This document shows positions 20,346 through 29,245 of a stretch of 64,000 nucleotides of DNA, piece by piece. The translations under genes and the position numbers were made by a program. The notes beneath the pieces are model-generated. The model had not been told where the DNA came from, made no database searches, and saw nothing but the letters and a program-made list of their open reading frames with translations. This stretch comes from an uncultured beta proteobacterium (GTDB lineage: Bacteria; Pseudomonadota; Gammaproteobacteria; Burkholderiales; SG8-41), in NCBI GenBank assembly GCA_902825845.1, contig CADECM010000005.1, forward strand, positions 5,048 through 69,047, written 5' to 3'. Position 1 is the first letter of the stretch. The number at the start of each line of letters is the position of its first letter.

Positions 20346-20714
20346 TTGATTCTGTTCGCGCACGGCTCGCGCAATCCTGCGTGGCGGAAACCCTTTGACC
20401 GCCTGCTGCAGGACATCATGCGCCGCGGCGAGTGTCACGCTGTGCTCGCGTTTGGCGAGTTCATGTCGCCGGGGTTGGCTGAAGCGGCAACATCGCTGGC
20501 AGAAGCCGGCATCAAGAGCGCGGTGATCGTGCCGCTGTTCCTGGGCGGCGGGTTGCACGTGCGAGGCGATTTGCCGAAACTGGCCGCGCAGGCGCGCGCG
20601 GCCAGCGGCATCCGCCTGCGCGTGGCCAAAGCGATCGGTGACGACGCCAGCGTGCTCGGCGCCATCGCCGACTACAGCATCGCCGCTATTTCATCGCCCC
20701 GAAAACACGCTTGA
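20346..20714 (+). CDS. CbiX/SirB-type sirohydrochlorin chelatase (small form)
   Basis: Contains LILFAHGSRNPAWRKPF...VIVPLFLGGGLHVRGDLP. No in-frame ATG lies upstream of the conserved FAHGS, so a TTG at 20346 is proposed. The start is uncertain. Confidence 0.65.
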   Translation: MILFAHGSRNPAWRKPFDRLLQDIMRRGECHAVLAFGEFMSPGLAEAATSLAEAGIKSAVIVPLFLGGGLHVRGDLPKLAAQARAASGIRLRVAKAIGDDASVLGAIADYSIAAISSPRKHA

Positions 20715-21363
20715 CGATGTCGCTGGTGGCACCGATCGGATTGGCGCGGAACGCCTTTTCCTGTTCACCGATCATCAGATACAGGCCGTCGAGCGATTTT
20801 TGCGTGACATAGCTCTCGATGGTGGACTGATCTTTTTTGATCAAGCCAAAACCGGCAGCCTGTCCGGCAAGCCCGTTGTATTGCTGCGCGAGGCCCACGC
20901 GATCGGTCTGCTGCTTGACGATCGGCAGGAAGCGCTGTGTGAGCTGCGCACTGGTGGTGCGGCGGAAGTAATCGGTCACCGAGGTCTGACCGCCCTGCAG
21001 GATGCCCTTGGCGTCCTGCAGCGTCATTTTTTTGGCGGCATCGACCAGCAACTGTTTGGCGTGCGGCACCGCGGCCTCTGCCGCGCGGTTCATCGAGGTC
21101 ACCAGTTCATCCGCCTGCTTTTTCATGCCAAACGTGCGCATCGCGCCCTCGACGCGCGCGAGCGCCGGCGGCATCGGAATTTTCACCTGCGGATTGCCGA
21201 GAAAGCCGTCGGCGACGCCGAGCTTGGCGACGGCCGCCGCCGCGCCGTCGGTAAGTGCCTGGCGTACGCCGCTGGCGGCGTCGAGGTTGCTGATCCCGGC
21301 CAATTGCGCGTGCGCGGTCGCCGTGATGACAGACAACAGAAAAATACCCAGAATACGCAACAT
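20686..21363 (-). CDS. DUF4197-family periplasmic protein
   Basis: Signal peptide MLRILGIFLLSVITATAHA, then the GVRQALTDGAAAAVAKLG...FLGNPQVKIPMP pattern typical of DUF4197. Confidence 0.75.
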   Translation of the reverse strand: MLRILGIFLLSVITATAHAQLAGISNLDAASGVRQALTDGAAAAVAKLGVADGFLGNPQVKIPMPPALARVEGAMRTFGMKKQADELVTSMNRAAEAAVPHAKQLLVDAAKKMTLQDAKGILQGGQTSVTDYFRRTTSAQLTQRFLPIVKQQTDRVGLAQQYNGLAGQAAGFGLIKKDQSTIESYVTQKSLDGLYLMIGEQEKAFRANPIGATSDIVKRVFGAMK

Positions 21364-21906
21364 ATGAAGACCTCTCCCCGTAAGCGCCCGGTCAACGCGG
21401 GCAATCTGCGCAATCGTATGCTGTTCGCGCTGCTTGCTGCAACCCTTTTAGCCTCGTGCGGGCCGCCGGCGGCGAAATTCGAGGTCAGGGCCGCGCCTGC
21501 GGTAACCTTCATGACGGTCAAGGGCGAGACCATCCCGCTCGCCAGCTTGCGCGGCAAGGTGGTGCTGGTGAATTTTTGGGCCACTGACTGCCCGGTTTGT
21601 CTGAAAGAAATGCCGGAACTGATCGCCACCCACAAGCAATATCAGGCGCAAGGTTATGAAACCGTGGCCGTGGCCATGTGGTACGACCCGCCCAACCGGG
21701 TCGTTGATTTCGCCGCAACACGCGCGCTGCCGTTCAAGGTGGCGTTCGATCCCGTGGGAGACCACGCCAGGGCATTCGGCGAAGTGACGCTGACGCCGAC
21801 GACGCTGCTGATCGACCGGCAGGGCAATATCGTCAGCCGCATCGTTGGCAAACCCGACTTCGCGAAACTGCATCAGCTGGTGGAAAAGCTGTTGCGCGCG
21901 GCGTGA
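21364..21906 (+). CDS. TlpA-family thiol:disulfide oxidoreductase (lipoprotein)
   Basis: Lipobox LLASCG, then VVLVNFWATDCPVCLKEMPEL (thioredoxin-fold CxxC). An alternative start lies at the MLFALL Met. Confidence 0.85.
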   Translation: MKTSPRKRPVNAGNLRNRMLFALLAATLLASCGPPAAKFEVRAAPAVTFMTVKGETIPLASLRGKVVLVNFWATDCPVCLKEMPELIATHKQYQAQGYETVAVAMWYDPPNRVVDFAATRALPFKVAFDPVGDHARAFGEVTLTPTTLLIDRQGNIVSRIVGKPDFAKLHQLVEKLLRAA

Positions 21907-22077
21907 TTGGTAACCCTCGCATCGTCCGGCACGAGGCCGCCTTGCCACCATGCGGGACGCGCTGTTCGGACTGGCCGTAGCCATCGCCGTGGCGCTCGGC
22001 ACGGGGATTGCCGCCTTGCTGCTTGTACTTGTCGCAGTGGCTGTCGGCGTGGCGCCGTGACTTTCGGCCGCGGCGGA

Positions 22078-23079
22078 CTATAGCTTCGGCAGCCCCGCGC
22101 TGCGCACAATCTCACCATAGCGCGCAATGTCCTCGCGCAGCATGGTACCCAGTTCTTCCGGTGACCCGGGCCAGGGATCGACGCCCATCGCGGTCAGTTG
22201 CTTGCCGGTATCCGGCGACTTCAGCGCGGCCACCAGCGCGCCGTGGAGGCGAGCCACGATCTCACGCGGCGTGCCCGCCGGTGCGAACATGCCATACCAC
22301 AGCGGCATGACGAAATCCTTGACGCCGGCTTCGATGCCGGTGGGCACATCGGGCAGGGACGCGATGCGCTGCGGCGTCAACACCGCCAGCGCGCGCACCT
22401 TGCCCGCGCGCAGCTGCGGGATGGCAGTGGTGACCGGCATCACTACTTCATCCACTTCACCGCCCAGCATGGCGGTCATCGCCACGGTCACACCCTTGTA
22501 AGGCACGTGCACGATGTTGATCTTGGCCAGGTGCTTGAGCAGTTCGTTGGCCAGGTGATTGGTGGTGCCGGCGCCGCCGGAGCCGAAGTTGAGTTTGCCG
22601 GGAGACGCGCGCGCCAGATCGATGAACTGGCGCAGGGTCTTCGCGGGCACCGACGGATGAATGATCATCACGTTGGGAAGCGAGGTCAGGCGCGCCACCG
22701 GCGCCAGATCCTTCACTGGATCAAAACCCAGATTCTTGTAGAGCGACGGGCTGACCGCGATGCTCGCGGTGGCGATGACGATGGTGTAGCCGTCGGGCGC
22801 GGACTTGGCAACGGCGCCGATGCCCAGATTGCCGCCGACGCCGGAGCGATTGTCGGCAATCACCTGTTCGCCCAGTTGCGCAGTCATTTTTTGCGCCAGC
22901 AGGCGGCCCACCACGTCGCTCGACGCGCCGGGTGGAAACGGCACCACCAGGCGTATCGGTTTGGCCGGATAGCCCTTGGCCGCGCCGGGCGCAGGTGTCT
23001 GCGCGTGCGCGCCGGGCGCGGTGAGTACACTGCATAGGGCGCCGATGACCGCAATCGTGTGCGCGCGCAACACTTCCAT
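22078..23079 (-). CDS. Bug-family (TctC-like) substrate-binding protein
   Basis: Signal peptide, then YPAKPIRLVVPFPPGASSD and ADNRSGVGG. Confidence 0.9.
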   Translation of the reverse strand: MEVLRAHTIAVIGALCSVLTAPGAHAQTPAPGAAKGYPAKPIRLVVPFPPGASSDVVGRLLAQKMTAQLGEQVIADNRSGVGGNLGIGAVAKSAPDGYTIVIATASIAVSPSLYKNLGFDPVKDLAPVARLTSLPNVMIIHPSVPAKTLRQFIDLARASPGKLNFGSGGAGTTNHLANELLKHLAKINIVHVPYKGVTVAMTAMLGGEVDEVVMPVTTAIPQLRAGKVRALAVLTPQRIASLPDVPTGIEAGVKDFVMPLWYGMFAPAGTPREIVARLHGALVAALKSPDTGKQLTAMGVDPWPGSPEELGTMLREDIARYGEIVRSAGLPKL

Positions 23080-23129
23080 TGGTGACTCCTCGTTTTATTG
23101 TTGGCGTTACTGCCGTGGTGCAATACCGA

Positions 23130-24068
23130 TCAGGCGACACCCGCCGCGTGCGCCTGCTGATCCGCGTGATAACTCGAGCGCACCAGCGGTCCACTCGCGG
23201 CATGCACAAACCCCATCTCGGCGGCCTTGGCGGCAAAGCGGTCGAATACCGCCGGTTCGACGTAGCGCAGCACCGGCAGGTGATGCGCGCCCGGCTGCAG
23301 GTACTGGCCGATGGTCAGCATGTCGACGTTGTGTGCCCTGAGGTCGCGCATCACGTCCAGAATTTCCTCGTCGGTTTCACCGAGGCCCACCATGAGGCCG
23401 GACTTGGTCGTCACGTGAGGAAAACGTGACTTAAATTTTTTTAATAAAATCAATGAGTTACTGTAGTCCGCCCCGGGACGTGCCTGCTTGTAGAGGCGCG
23501 GCACGGTTTCGAGGTTGTGGTTCATCACGTCGGGCGGACACTCGCTGAGAATATCCAACGCGAGGTCAAGGCGTCCGCGAAAATCCGGCACCAGCACTTC
23601 GATGCGCGTGTGCGGCGAGCGCGCGCGCACTTCGCGGATGCAGTCCCTGAAATGCGCGGCGCCGCCGTCGCGCAGATCGTCGCGATCGACGCTGGTGATC
23701 ACCACGTATTTGAGTTTCAGCGCGGCGATGGTGTCGGCCAGATGCACCGGCTCGTCGGCGTCCGGCGGCAACGGCCGGCCATGGCCCACGTCGCAGAACG
23801 GACAGCGGCGCGTGCACAAGTCGCCGAGGATCATGAAGGTCGCGGTGCCCTTGCCGAAGCATTCGCCGATGTTGGGACAGCTCGCTTCCTCGCACACCGT
23901 GTGCAGCTTTTGCTCGCGCAGGATGTGCTTGATCTCGCGAAAGCGCGGGCTGTCGGTGAGCCGCACGCGGATCCATTCGGGCTTGCGCAGCGCCTCTGCC
24001 GGCACGATCTTGATCGGGATGCGCGCGGTCTTGGCGCTGCCTTTTTGTTTTTCGCCGGCTTCGCTCAT
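23130..24068 (-). CDS. lipA: Lipoyl synthase
   Basis: Contains the [12 protein letters not shown] and [10 protein letters not shown] radical-SAM cysteine clusters and a C-terminal RSSYHAD. The start at 24068 (MSEAGEKQK...) was chosen because the longer ORF overlaps lipB. Confidence 0.95.
   Translation of the reverse strand: MSEAGEKQKGSAKTARIPIKIVPAEALRKPEWIRVRLTDSPRFREIKHILREQKLHTVCEEASCPNIGECFGKGTATFMILGDLCTRRCPFCDVGHGRPLPPDADEPVHLADTIAALKLKYVVITSVDRDDLRDGGAAHFRDCIREVRARSPHTRIEVLVPDFRGRLDLALDILSECPPDVMNHNLETVPRLYKQARPGADYSNSLILLKKFKSRFPHVTTKSGLMVGLGETDEEILDVMRDLRAHNVDMLTIGQYLQPGAHHLPVLRYVEPAVFDRFAAKAAEMGFVHAASGPLVRSSYHADQQAHAAGVA
23443..23460 (+). repeat. AT-rich motif, copy E (inside the lipA coding sequence)
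   Basis: AATAAAATCAATGAGTTA. Encoded on the lipA antisense strand across codons for SLILLKKF. Confidence 0.7.
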
Positions 24069-24715
24069 GCCAGCACGCGCAGCAGTTGCCGCAACAGTTT
24101 GTCGGTCACGGTATCGAACGCATCCACCACGCCCAGCGCACGTAATTGCGTGACCGCCATGCCGGCGTAGCCGCAGGGATTGATCGCCTGAAAAGGGGTG
24201 AGGTCCATGTCGATATTGAGTGCCAGTCCGTGATAGCAGCAGCTGTTCCTCACGCGCAGTCCCAAGGCGGCGATTTTCGCCTCGTTTCCGTCCTGCGAAA
24301 CGTAAACCCCCGGCGCGTCGCTGCGGTAGCGGGCCGCGATGCCGTAATCGGCCAGCAAGTCTATCACGGCGCCTTCCATCTTCCGCACCAGCGCGCGCAC
24401 GCCGAGATTGCGCCGCTTCATGTCGAGCAGCAGATACGCCACCAATTGCCCGGGACCATGATAGGTAATCTGCCCGCCGCGGTCGCACTGGACAACTGCA
24501 ATGCCGGTGTCGGGACGCAACAGATGTTCGGGCCGGCCGGCAAGCCCCAGGGTATACACCGGCGGATGCTGCAACAGCCAGATTTCGTCGGCGGTGGCGG
24601 CGCTGCGCTGCGCGGTGAAGGACTGCATCGCCTGCCACGTCGGCTGATAATCGCTGACACCTTGCCGGCGCACGATGGGGCTGGAGGCGTTACGAAGGGA
24701 ACAAAGGGAATTCAT
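24065..24715 (-). CDS. lipB: Octanoyltransferase
   Basis: Contains [28 protein letters not shown] and [19 protein letters not shown]. It overlaps the lipA start by 4 nt. Confidence 0.9.
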   Translation of the reverse strand: MNSLCSLRNASSPIVRRQGVSDYQPTWQAMQSFTAQRSAATADEIWLLQHPPVYTLGLAGRPEHLLRPDTGIAVVQCDRGGQITYHGPGQLVAYLLLDMKRRNLGVRALVRKMEGAVIDLLADYGIAARYRSDAPGVYVSQDGNEAKIAALGLRVRNSCCYHGLALNIDMDLTPFQAINPCGYAGMAVTQLRALGVVDAFDTVTDKLLRQLLRVLA

Positions 24716-24788
24716 GGCTGCCAAAGTTGTCCGTCGAAGGGAACGGTAGCACAATGCCGCTTTTTGCGGCCCGCCACACGTCAATCCC

Positions 24789-25277
24789 ATGCCACGATTC
24801 GCACCCAAAACCAGTCTCCGCGTCCTGCTCTGCGCAATGTTGTGCGCCTGCGGTGCGACGATTGCCGCCGAGCAATCCTCCTACAACGCCGATCTCGCCA
24901 CGCTCTACAATGAGTATCAGCGCCTGCTCGCGGTGCGGGATGCCTGCATCACCGCGCAGCCGGCACGGCGCAGTGAGGTGGCCAGCGCCTATCAGGACTG
25001 GCTGGACCGCCATCAGCGCATCGTGGATGATCTGGACAACCGCTTCGCCGCGATCGTCAAGCGCGCCTCCAAAAATCAGGCCGAATTTACCCGCAACTAC
25101 GGCAAGTATCAGGCCGAGGTCTATCAGATGCGCGAAGAAAATAAAAAGGCGCTGTTGGCCGACCGGGAAAAACTCGCCAAACAATGCGGCGAGTTTGTCA
25201 CCTACGTGCGCCATCCCCAATCGGATATCCCGACCCTGTTTCCCACGCAGTTCAAGAATATCTACCGCGTGCGATAG
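24789..25277 (+). CDS. Hypothetical exported protein or lipoprotein
   Basis: The N-terminus LRVLLCAMLCACG resembles a lipobox. No family was recognised. Confidence 0.5.
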   Translation: MPRFAPKTSLRVLLCAMLCACGATIAAEQSSYNADLATLYNEYQRLLAVRDACITAQPARRSEVASAYQDWLDRHQRIVDDLDNRFAAIVKRASKNQAEFTRNYGKYQAEVYQMREENKKALLADREKLAKQCGEFVTYVRHPQSDIPTLFPTQFKNIYRVR

Positions 25278-25281
25278 TTTG

Positions 25282-25299
25282 TAACTAATTGTTTTTAAA
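25282..25299 (-). repeat. AT-rich motif, copy F
   Basis: The minus strand reads TTTAAAAACAATTAGTTA. Starts 5 nt after the stop at 25277. Confidence 0.8.
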
Positions 25300-25846
25300 G
25301 TATTTTTTAATAGCCTTGGTGCTCACGGGCGGGGCCTATGGTGATGCAGCCGGCGCGGCCTTGTCGCCCGGCGACAGCGAGATCCGGCACTGGATCAGCC
25401 GTCACGCGCATCAGCGGCACGCGGTTGAAGTCTCTGCCGCACGGCAGCGCGTGGTCGGTGACCTCGACGGCGACGGACGCAATGACGTCGCGGTGCTTTA
25501 CACGCTGAAATCGCGTGCCATCCCTGGCGGCGAGTCGCGCTATCTGGCGGCCTTTTTAAACGACAGCGGGCGGCAGCGCGCAACAACGGGCAAAGACCGA
25601 TCACAACAAGCCCGTGACATTCGCCGCGACGCCTTGCGTTATCACGCCCATGTGCTGGTAAGCGGGCCGGGGGCGGGCGAGGCCAATCGCATTACCATAC
25701 TCAATCGCACGCTGGTGGTGGAGATGCTGACGTTTGCGCCCGGCGATGCCGCCTGTTGCCCTACGCGCGCCGCCACACGACGCTATCGGCTGGGCACACA
25801 GGCACTGACGCTGGTGCGGCCCGCAACCGGAAAGCATGCGCGATGA
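25289..25846 (+). CDS. Hypothetical exported protein
   Basis: The putative TTG start lies inside an AT-rich repeat copy. Contains a hydrophobic N-terminus and a GDLDGDGRNDVAVLY motif (FG-GAP/VCBS-like). The start is uncertain. Confidence 0.45.
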   Translation: MFLKYFLIALVLTGGAYGDAAGAALSPGDSEIRHWISRHAHQRHAVEVSAARQRVVGDLDGDGRNDVAVLYTLKSRAIPGGESRYLAAFLNDSGRQRATTGKDRSQQARDIRRDALRYHAHVLVSGPGAGEANRITILNRTLVVEMLTFAPGDAACCPTRAATRRYRLGTQALTLVRPATGKHAR

Positions 25847-25906
25847 TTACATTGGATCGGGCGCGGTAACGGCGTAAAATCCGCAAATTTATCGGAGAGC
25901 AGCACC

Positions 25907-26032
25907 ATGGGCAAAGGCGACAAACGTACGGCAAAAGGCAAGCGGTTCAAGAGCTCCTACGGCAATTCGCGGCCGCAGGGCAGCAAAGCCGTGAAAAAGT
26001 CGGCCGCCAAAAAGGCGCCGAAAAAAGGCTGA
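25907..26032 (+). CDS. Small basic protein resembling 30S ribosomal protein THX (41 aa; below the ORF-track cutoff)
   Basis: My own translation is MGKGDKRTAKGKRFKSSYGNSRPQGSKAVKKSAAKKAPKKG. The MGKGD+RT++GK opening is the THX signature as I recall it. GGAGAG lies 7 nt upstream. Confidence 0.65.
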   Translation: MGKGDKRTAKGKRFKSSYGNSRPQGSKAVKKSAAKKAPKKG

Positions 26033-26047
26033 CGCGGTCTCAGCCCG

Positions 26048-26311
26048 TCACAGCACCTTGACCACCATCGGGTGGTCGCACAACGCCTGATACAACGCGT
26101 CCAGCTGCGGCTGCGAGGTGGCCCGTATGGTGCAGGTCAGGCTCAGGTATTTGCCCTTGCTGCTGGGACGCATTTCCATCGTCGTGCCGTCGTAGTCGGG
26201 CGCGTGGCGCCGCACCACGTCGAGGATGGCCTGAGCGTATCCCGCTCGCTGAAAACCGATGATTTTCAGCGGAAACTCGCACGGGAATTCAAGCAGGCTG
26301 GGTTCCGCCAT
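26048..26311 (-). CDS. YbeD-like DUF493 protein
   Basis: Contains LEFPCEFPLKIIG. Its position between dat and lipB is the conserved arrangement. Confidence 0.85.
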   Translation of the reverse strand: MAEPSLLEFPCEFPLKIIGFQRAGYAQAILDVVRRHAPDYDGTTMEMRPSSKGKYLSLTCTIRATSQPQLDALYQALCDHPMVVKVL

Positions 26312-26340
26312 GGTGCGTTGTCGCGGTATGGCGCGCAGGC

Positions 26341-27198
26341 CTATCTGGCCCGCATCACCTCGCGCTTGAAGTCCTGATACAGCGCGTGCATGCGGCGGAA
26401 CAGCAGGCCCGGCTTGCCGTCGCCCACCGGCTTGCCGTCGAGCGTGGTAATTGCCAGCACTTCCTTGGTCGATGAGGTGACCCAGATTTCATCCGCGTCA
26501 CGGGTTTCAGCCTCCGAAATCGAGCGCACCTCGACCAGGAACTCGCGCGCGCGGGCAATTTCCAGCACCACGTCGTAGGTGATGCCCGGCAACACCAGGT
26601 TGTCCTTGGGCGGAGCCAGCAACACGCCGTTCTTCACCACAAATACGTTGCTGGCGGAGGCCTCGGTCAGCTTGCCGTCGCGAAACAGAATGGTCTCGAC
26701 CGCGCCCGCATCCACGGCGAGCTGGCGCAACAGGCAATTGCCCAGCAGGGACACTGATTTGACGTCGCATTTGAGCCAGCGGAAATCGCTGGCGCTGATG
26801 GCCGGGGCGCCATGTTCAACCTGCTCACGCGGCGGCGTGGTGAGCGGGCTCGACATCATGAACACCGTCTGCTGCACATGCTTGGGAAAGGCGTGATCAC
26901 GCCGCGCCACGCCGCGCGTGATCTGCAGATAAATCGACTGGTCGTCGCCATCGTTTTTGGCAATAATCTCGCCCACCAGGCGCGTCCATGCCGCGTCGTC
27001 CATGGGATTGGCAAGCCGGATGCCGTCGAGGCTGTTTTGCAGGCGCCGCAGATGCTCGGCCAGACGAAACGGGTGGCGCGAATACACCGGCACCACTTCG
27101 TACACGCCGTCGCCGAAAATAAAACCGCGGTCGAGCACGGGTATGCGCGCTTCGTCCAGCGGCATGAACGCACCATTCAGATAGACAATGTCACTCAT
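26341..27198 (-). CDS. dat: D-amino acid aminotransferase (class IV aminotransferase)
   Basis: Contains LDRGFIFGDGVYEVVPVY, EASASNVFVVKNGVL and LPGITYD. Confidence 0.82.
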   Translation of the reverse strand: MSDIVYLNGAFMPLDEARIPVLDRGFIFGDGVYEVVPVYSRHPFRLAEHLRRLQNSLDGIRLANPMDDAAWTRLVGEIIAKNDGDDQSIYLQITRGVARRDHAFPKHVQQTVFMMSSPLTTPPREQVEHGAPAISASDFRWLKCDVKSVSLLGNCLLRQLAVDAGAVETILFRDGKLTEASASNVFVVKNGVLLAPPKDNLVLPGITYDVVLEIARAREFLVEVRSISEAETRDADEIWVTSSTKEVLAITTLDGKPVGDGKPGLLFRRMHALYQDFKREVMRAR

Positions 27199-27204
27199 GG
27201 TTTC

Positions 27205-28338
27205 TCACTGTATGTAGAGACGCAGCGTGTCCCACAGGCGGCCGAACATGCCGGCGACCGGCACGTCCTGCAGTGCCAGCAGCGGCTGCGAGCGGTACGG
27301 CTTGCCGTCCAGCTCCAGCTTGAGCGTGCCCAGCGCCTGTCCTGTGCGCAGCGGCGCCAGCAGCGGCTGCACGGTTTCGATGGTGGCTTTCAGGTTCGCG
27401 GCGCGGCCCTTGGGCACGGTCACGTAGAGGCCCTGCGGAAATCCCGCCTTGATGTTGTTGAGGGCGCCCTTCCACACCCGCGGCGATGAGGCCACCTGCC
27501 CTGGTTCGTACAGGCGCACCGTGTCGAAAAACTGGTACCCGTAATTGAGCAGTTTCTGGCTTTCCGCCGCGCGCGCGGCATCTGACGCGGCACCCAGTAC
27601 AACGGCGACCAGCCGCCGGCTGTCGCGCCTGGCGGAACTGATCAGGCACCAGCCGGCGGCTTCGGTATGGCCGGTCTTGACGCCATCCACCGTCGGATCG
27701 CGCCACAACAGGCGGTTGCGGTTGTGCTGGGTAATCTTGTTGTAGCGGTATTCTTTTTGCGCGTACAGCGGGTAATGCTCGGGAAAGTCGTGAATCAGCG
27801 CCGCGGCGAGCGTCGCCAGGTCGCGCGCCGTGGAGGTGTGTTGCGGCGCCGGCAGCCCGCTGGCGTTGGCGAATTGGGTATTGGAGAGGCCCATGCGTTT
27901 GCCCTGCTGGTTCATCAGCACAACGAACGCTTCCTCGCTGCCGGCAACCGCCTCCGCCAGCGCGATGGTGGCATCGTTGCCCGACTGGATAATCATGCCG
28001 CGCACCAGTTCGTCCACCGTCACCGGCATGTCCTGCTGAATGAACATGCGCGAGCCGACCGCCTGGCGCGCCTTGTCGGACACCGGCGCCACCTGCTCGG
28101 GTTTGATTTTCTTCTGCTTCAGCGCATCGAACACCAGATACGCGGTCATCAGCTTGGTCAGCGACGCGGGCTCGAAACGCTCGTCGTGCTTGTAGCCGGT
28201 GATCAGTTGGCCGCTTTGGGTGTCGAGCAGCACCCAGGCGCGCGCGGCAATTTGCGAGGCCGGCACCGGCGGTGTCTGCGCGTGCGTCAGGCAGACGCCG
28301 GTAAAAAACAGCAGAAGAAATAAGATACGGTTTGCCAC
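27205..28338 (-). CDS. dacC: D-alanyl-D-alanine carboxypeptidase (PBP5/6 family, S11)
   Basis: Signal peptide, ASLTKLMT (SxxK), SGND (SxN) and KTGHT (KTG). Confidence 0.9.
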   Translation of the reverse strand: MANRILFLLLFFTGVCLTHAQTPPVPASQIAARAWVLLDTQSGQLITGYKHDERFEPASLTKLMTAYLVFDALKQKKIKPEQVAPVSDKARQAVGSRMFIQQDMPVTVDELVRGMIIQSGNDATIALAEAVAGSEEAFVVLMNQQGKRMGLSNTQFANASGLPAPQHTSTARDLATLAAALIHDFPEHYPLYAQKEYRYNKITQHNRNRLLWRDPTVDGVKTGHTEAAGWCLISSARRDSRRLVAVVLGAASDAARAAESQKLLNYGYQFFDTVRLYEPGQVASSPRVWKGALNNIKAGFPQGLYVTVPKGRAANLKATIETVQPLLAPLRTGQALGTLKLELDGKPYRSQPLLALQDVPVAGMFGRLWDTLRLYIQ

Positions 28339-28371
28339 GCCGCGATTATACGCGAGCCGGAGGCATTGGCA

Positions 28372-28566
28372 CTAACGGCCCGGCGCGTCGTCGTCGCCCG
28401 CGAGCCGCCGCATCGCGCGGCGGATGAAAGCCGATTGCTTTGCGAACTGGCTGCAGGCATCGCAAATCAGCAGATGCAGGCGCAGCAGCAGCCGCTCCCA
28501 CCGCGATAACTGGCGGTCCAGCGCCTGCGAAATCAGCGCCGTGGCCTCTTTGCAGGTCAGCCGCAT
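28372..28566 (-). CDS. Anti-sigma factor (zf-HC2 type)
   Basis: MRLTCKEAT...HLLICDACSQF has the H-x3-C-x2-C pattern. Its start overlaps the sigma gene stop as TGATG. Confidence 0.7.
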   Translation of the reverse strand: MRLTCKEATALISQALDRQLSRWERLLLRLHLLICDACSQFAKQSAFIRRAMRRLAGDDDAPGR

Positions 28567-29144
28567 CAGGATTTTCCGAACCAGGTCAATTCGAGGCATT
28601 CGCGCAGCGACAGCCGCGCCCGGTGCAGCATCACCCAGCAGTTGGTCGCGGTGATGTTGAGCGCCTTACAGATATCCTCGGTTTCCATTTCCATCACGTC
28701 GCGCATCATGAACACGCGCGCGGTTTTTGCCGGCAGATTCTTTGTGCAAAGATCCAGCGCCTCGATAAATTTCTTGTTTTCCAGCGCCTGATCGGGATCG
28801 CCCCAGTGGCGCGGGCGCGTTTGCCAGTGGCCGTCGGCCTTGAACAGAAGATCCACCGCCTCCGCTTCGTTCTGTTCGTCGTCGTGCGTCAGCGGCTGTT
28901 CGCGCGACCGCCGCCGATGATGATCGACAATCTTGTGTTTGAGGATGCCGGTAAGCCAGGTCCTGACCGAGGCGTTGCCCGAGAATCGATCGCGTCCTTC
29001 CAGTGCCGCGATCAGCGTGTCCTGCACCGCATCCTCGGCGGCACCCGCGTCACGTAACTGCAGCGTGGCGTAACGCAGCAGGTACTCGCGGTGTTGCTCG
29101 ATCCGGGCCGTGTCCAGACCGGGTGATACGGCGTCGGCAGCCAT
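28566..29144 (-). CDS. ECF-type RNA polymerase sigma-70 family factor
   Basis: Region 2 reads YLLRYATLQLRDAGAAEDAVQDTLIAAL and FSGNASVRTWLTGILKHKIVD. The region 4 HTH reads EDICKALNITATNCWVMLHRAR. Confidence 0.9.
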   Translation of the reverse strand: MAADAVSPGLDTARIEQHREYLLRYATLQLRDAGAAEDAVQDTLIAALEGRDRFSGNASVRTWLTGILKHKIVDHHRRRSREQPLTHDDEQNEAEAVDLLFKADGHWQTRPRHWGDPDQALENKKFIEALDLCTKNLPAKTARVFMMRDVMEMETEDICKALNITATNCWVMLHRARLSLRECLELTWFGKS

Positions 29145-29157
29145 TTACAATAAATCG

Positions 29158-29175
29158 TTTAAAATCAATTAGTTA
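29158..29175 (+). repeat. AT-rich motif, copy G
   Basis: TTTAAAATCAATTAGTTA. Lies 14 nt upstream of the ECF sigma start, in the sigma/hsp20 divergent region. Confidence 0.8.
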
Positions 29176-29217
29176 TTAGAATATTCGGGCGCTGACCCAA
29201 ATTTTGGCTGCGACACG

Positions 29218-29245
29218 CTTGAAATCAAATCGCAGACTCCCATAT
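29218..29245 (+). promoter_or_regulatory. Candidate sigma-32 (RpoH)-type heat-shock promoter for the hsp20 gene
   Basis: CTTGAAA (29218-29224), a 14-nt spacer, then CCCATAT (29239-29245). Compare the E. coli consensus CTTGAA-N13-17-CCCCATNT. It ends 46 nt upstream of the hsp20 ATG. Confidence 0.45.

Noticed and set aside
20638-21363. The 5' two-thirds of the 422-aa plus-strand ORF 20638-21906.
   Set aside because: This part is antisense to the DUF4197 gene and has no motifs. Only the C-terminal TlpA-like part, from 21364, is credible.
24069-24638. The 190-codon N-terminal extension of the lipA ORF (track ORF 23130-24638).
   Set aside because: The extension overlaps lipB in another frame and is Arg/Gly-rich. 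Conserved LipA sequence begins near MSEAGEKQK at 24068, with the usual 4-nt lipB/lipA overlap.
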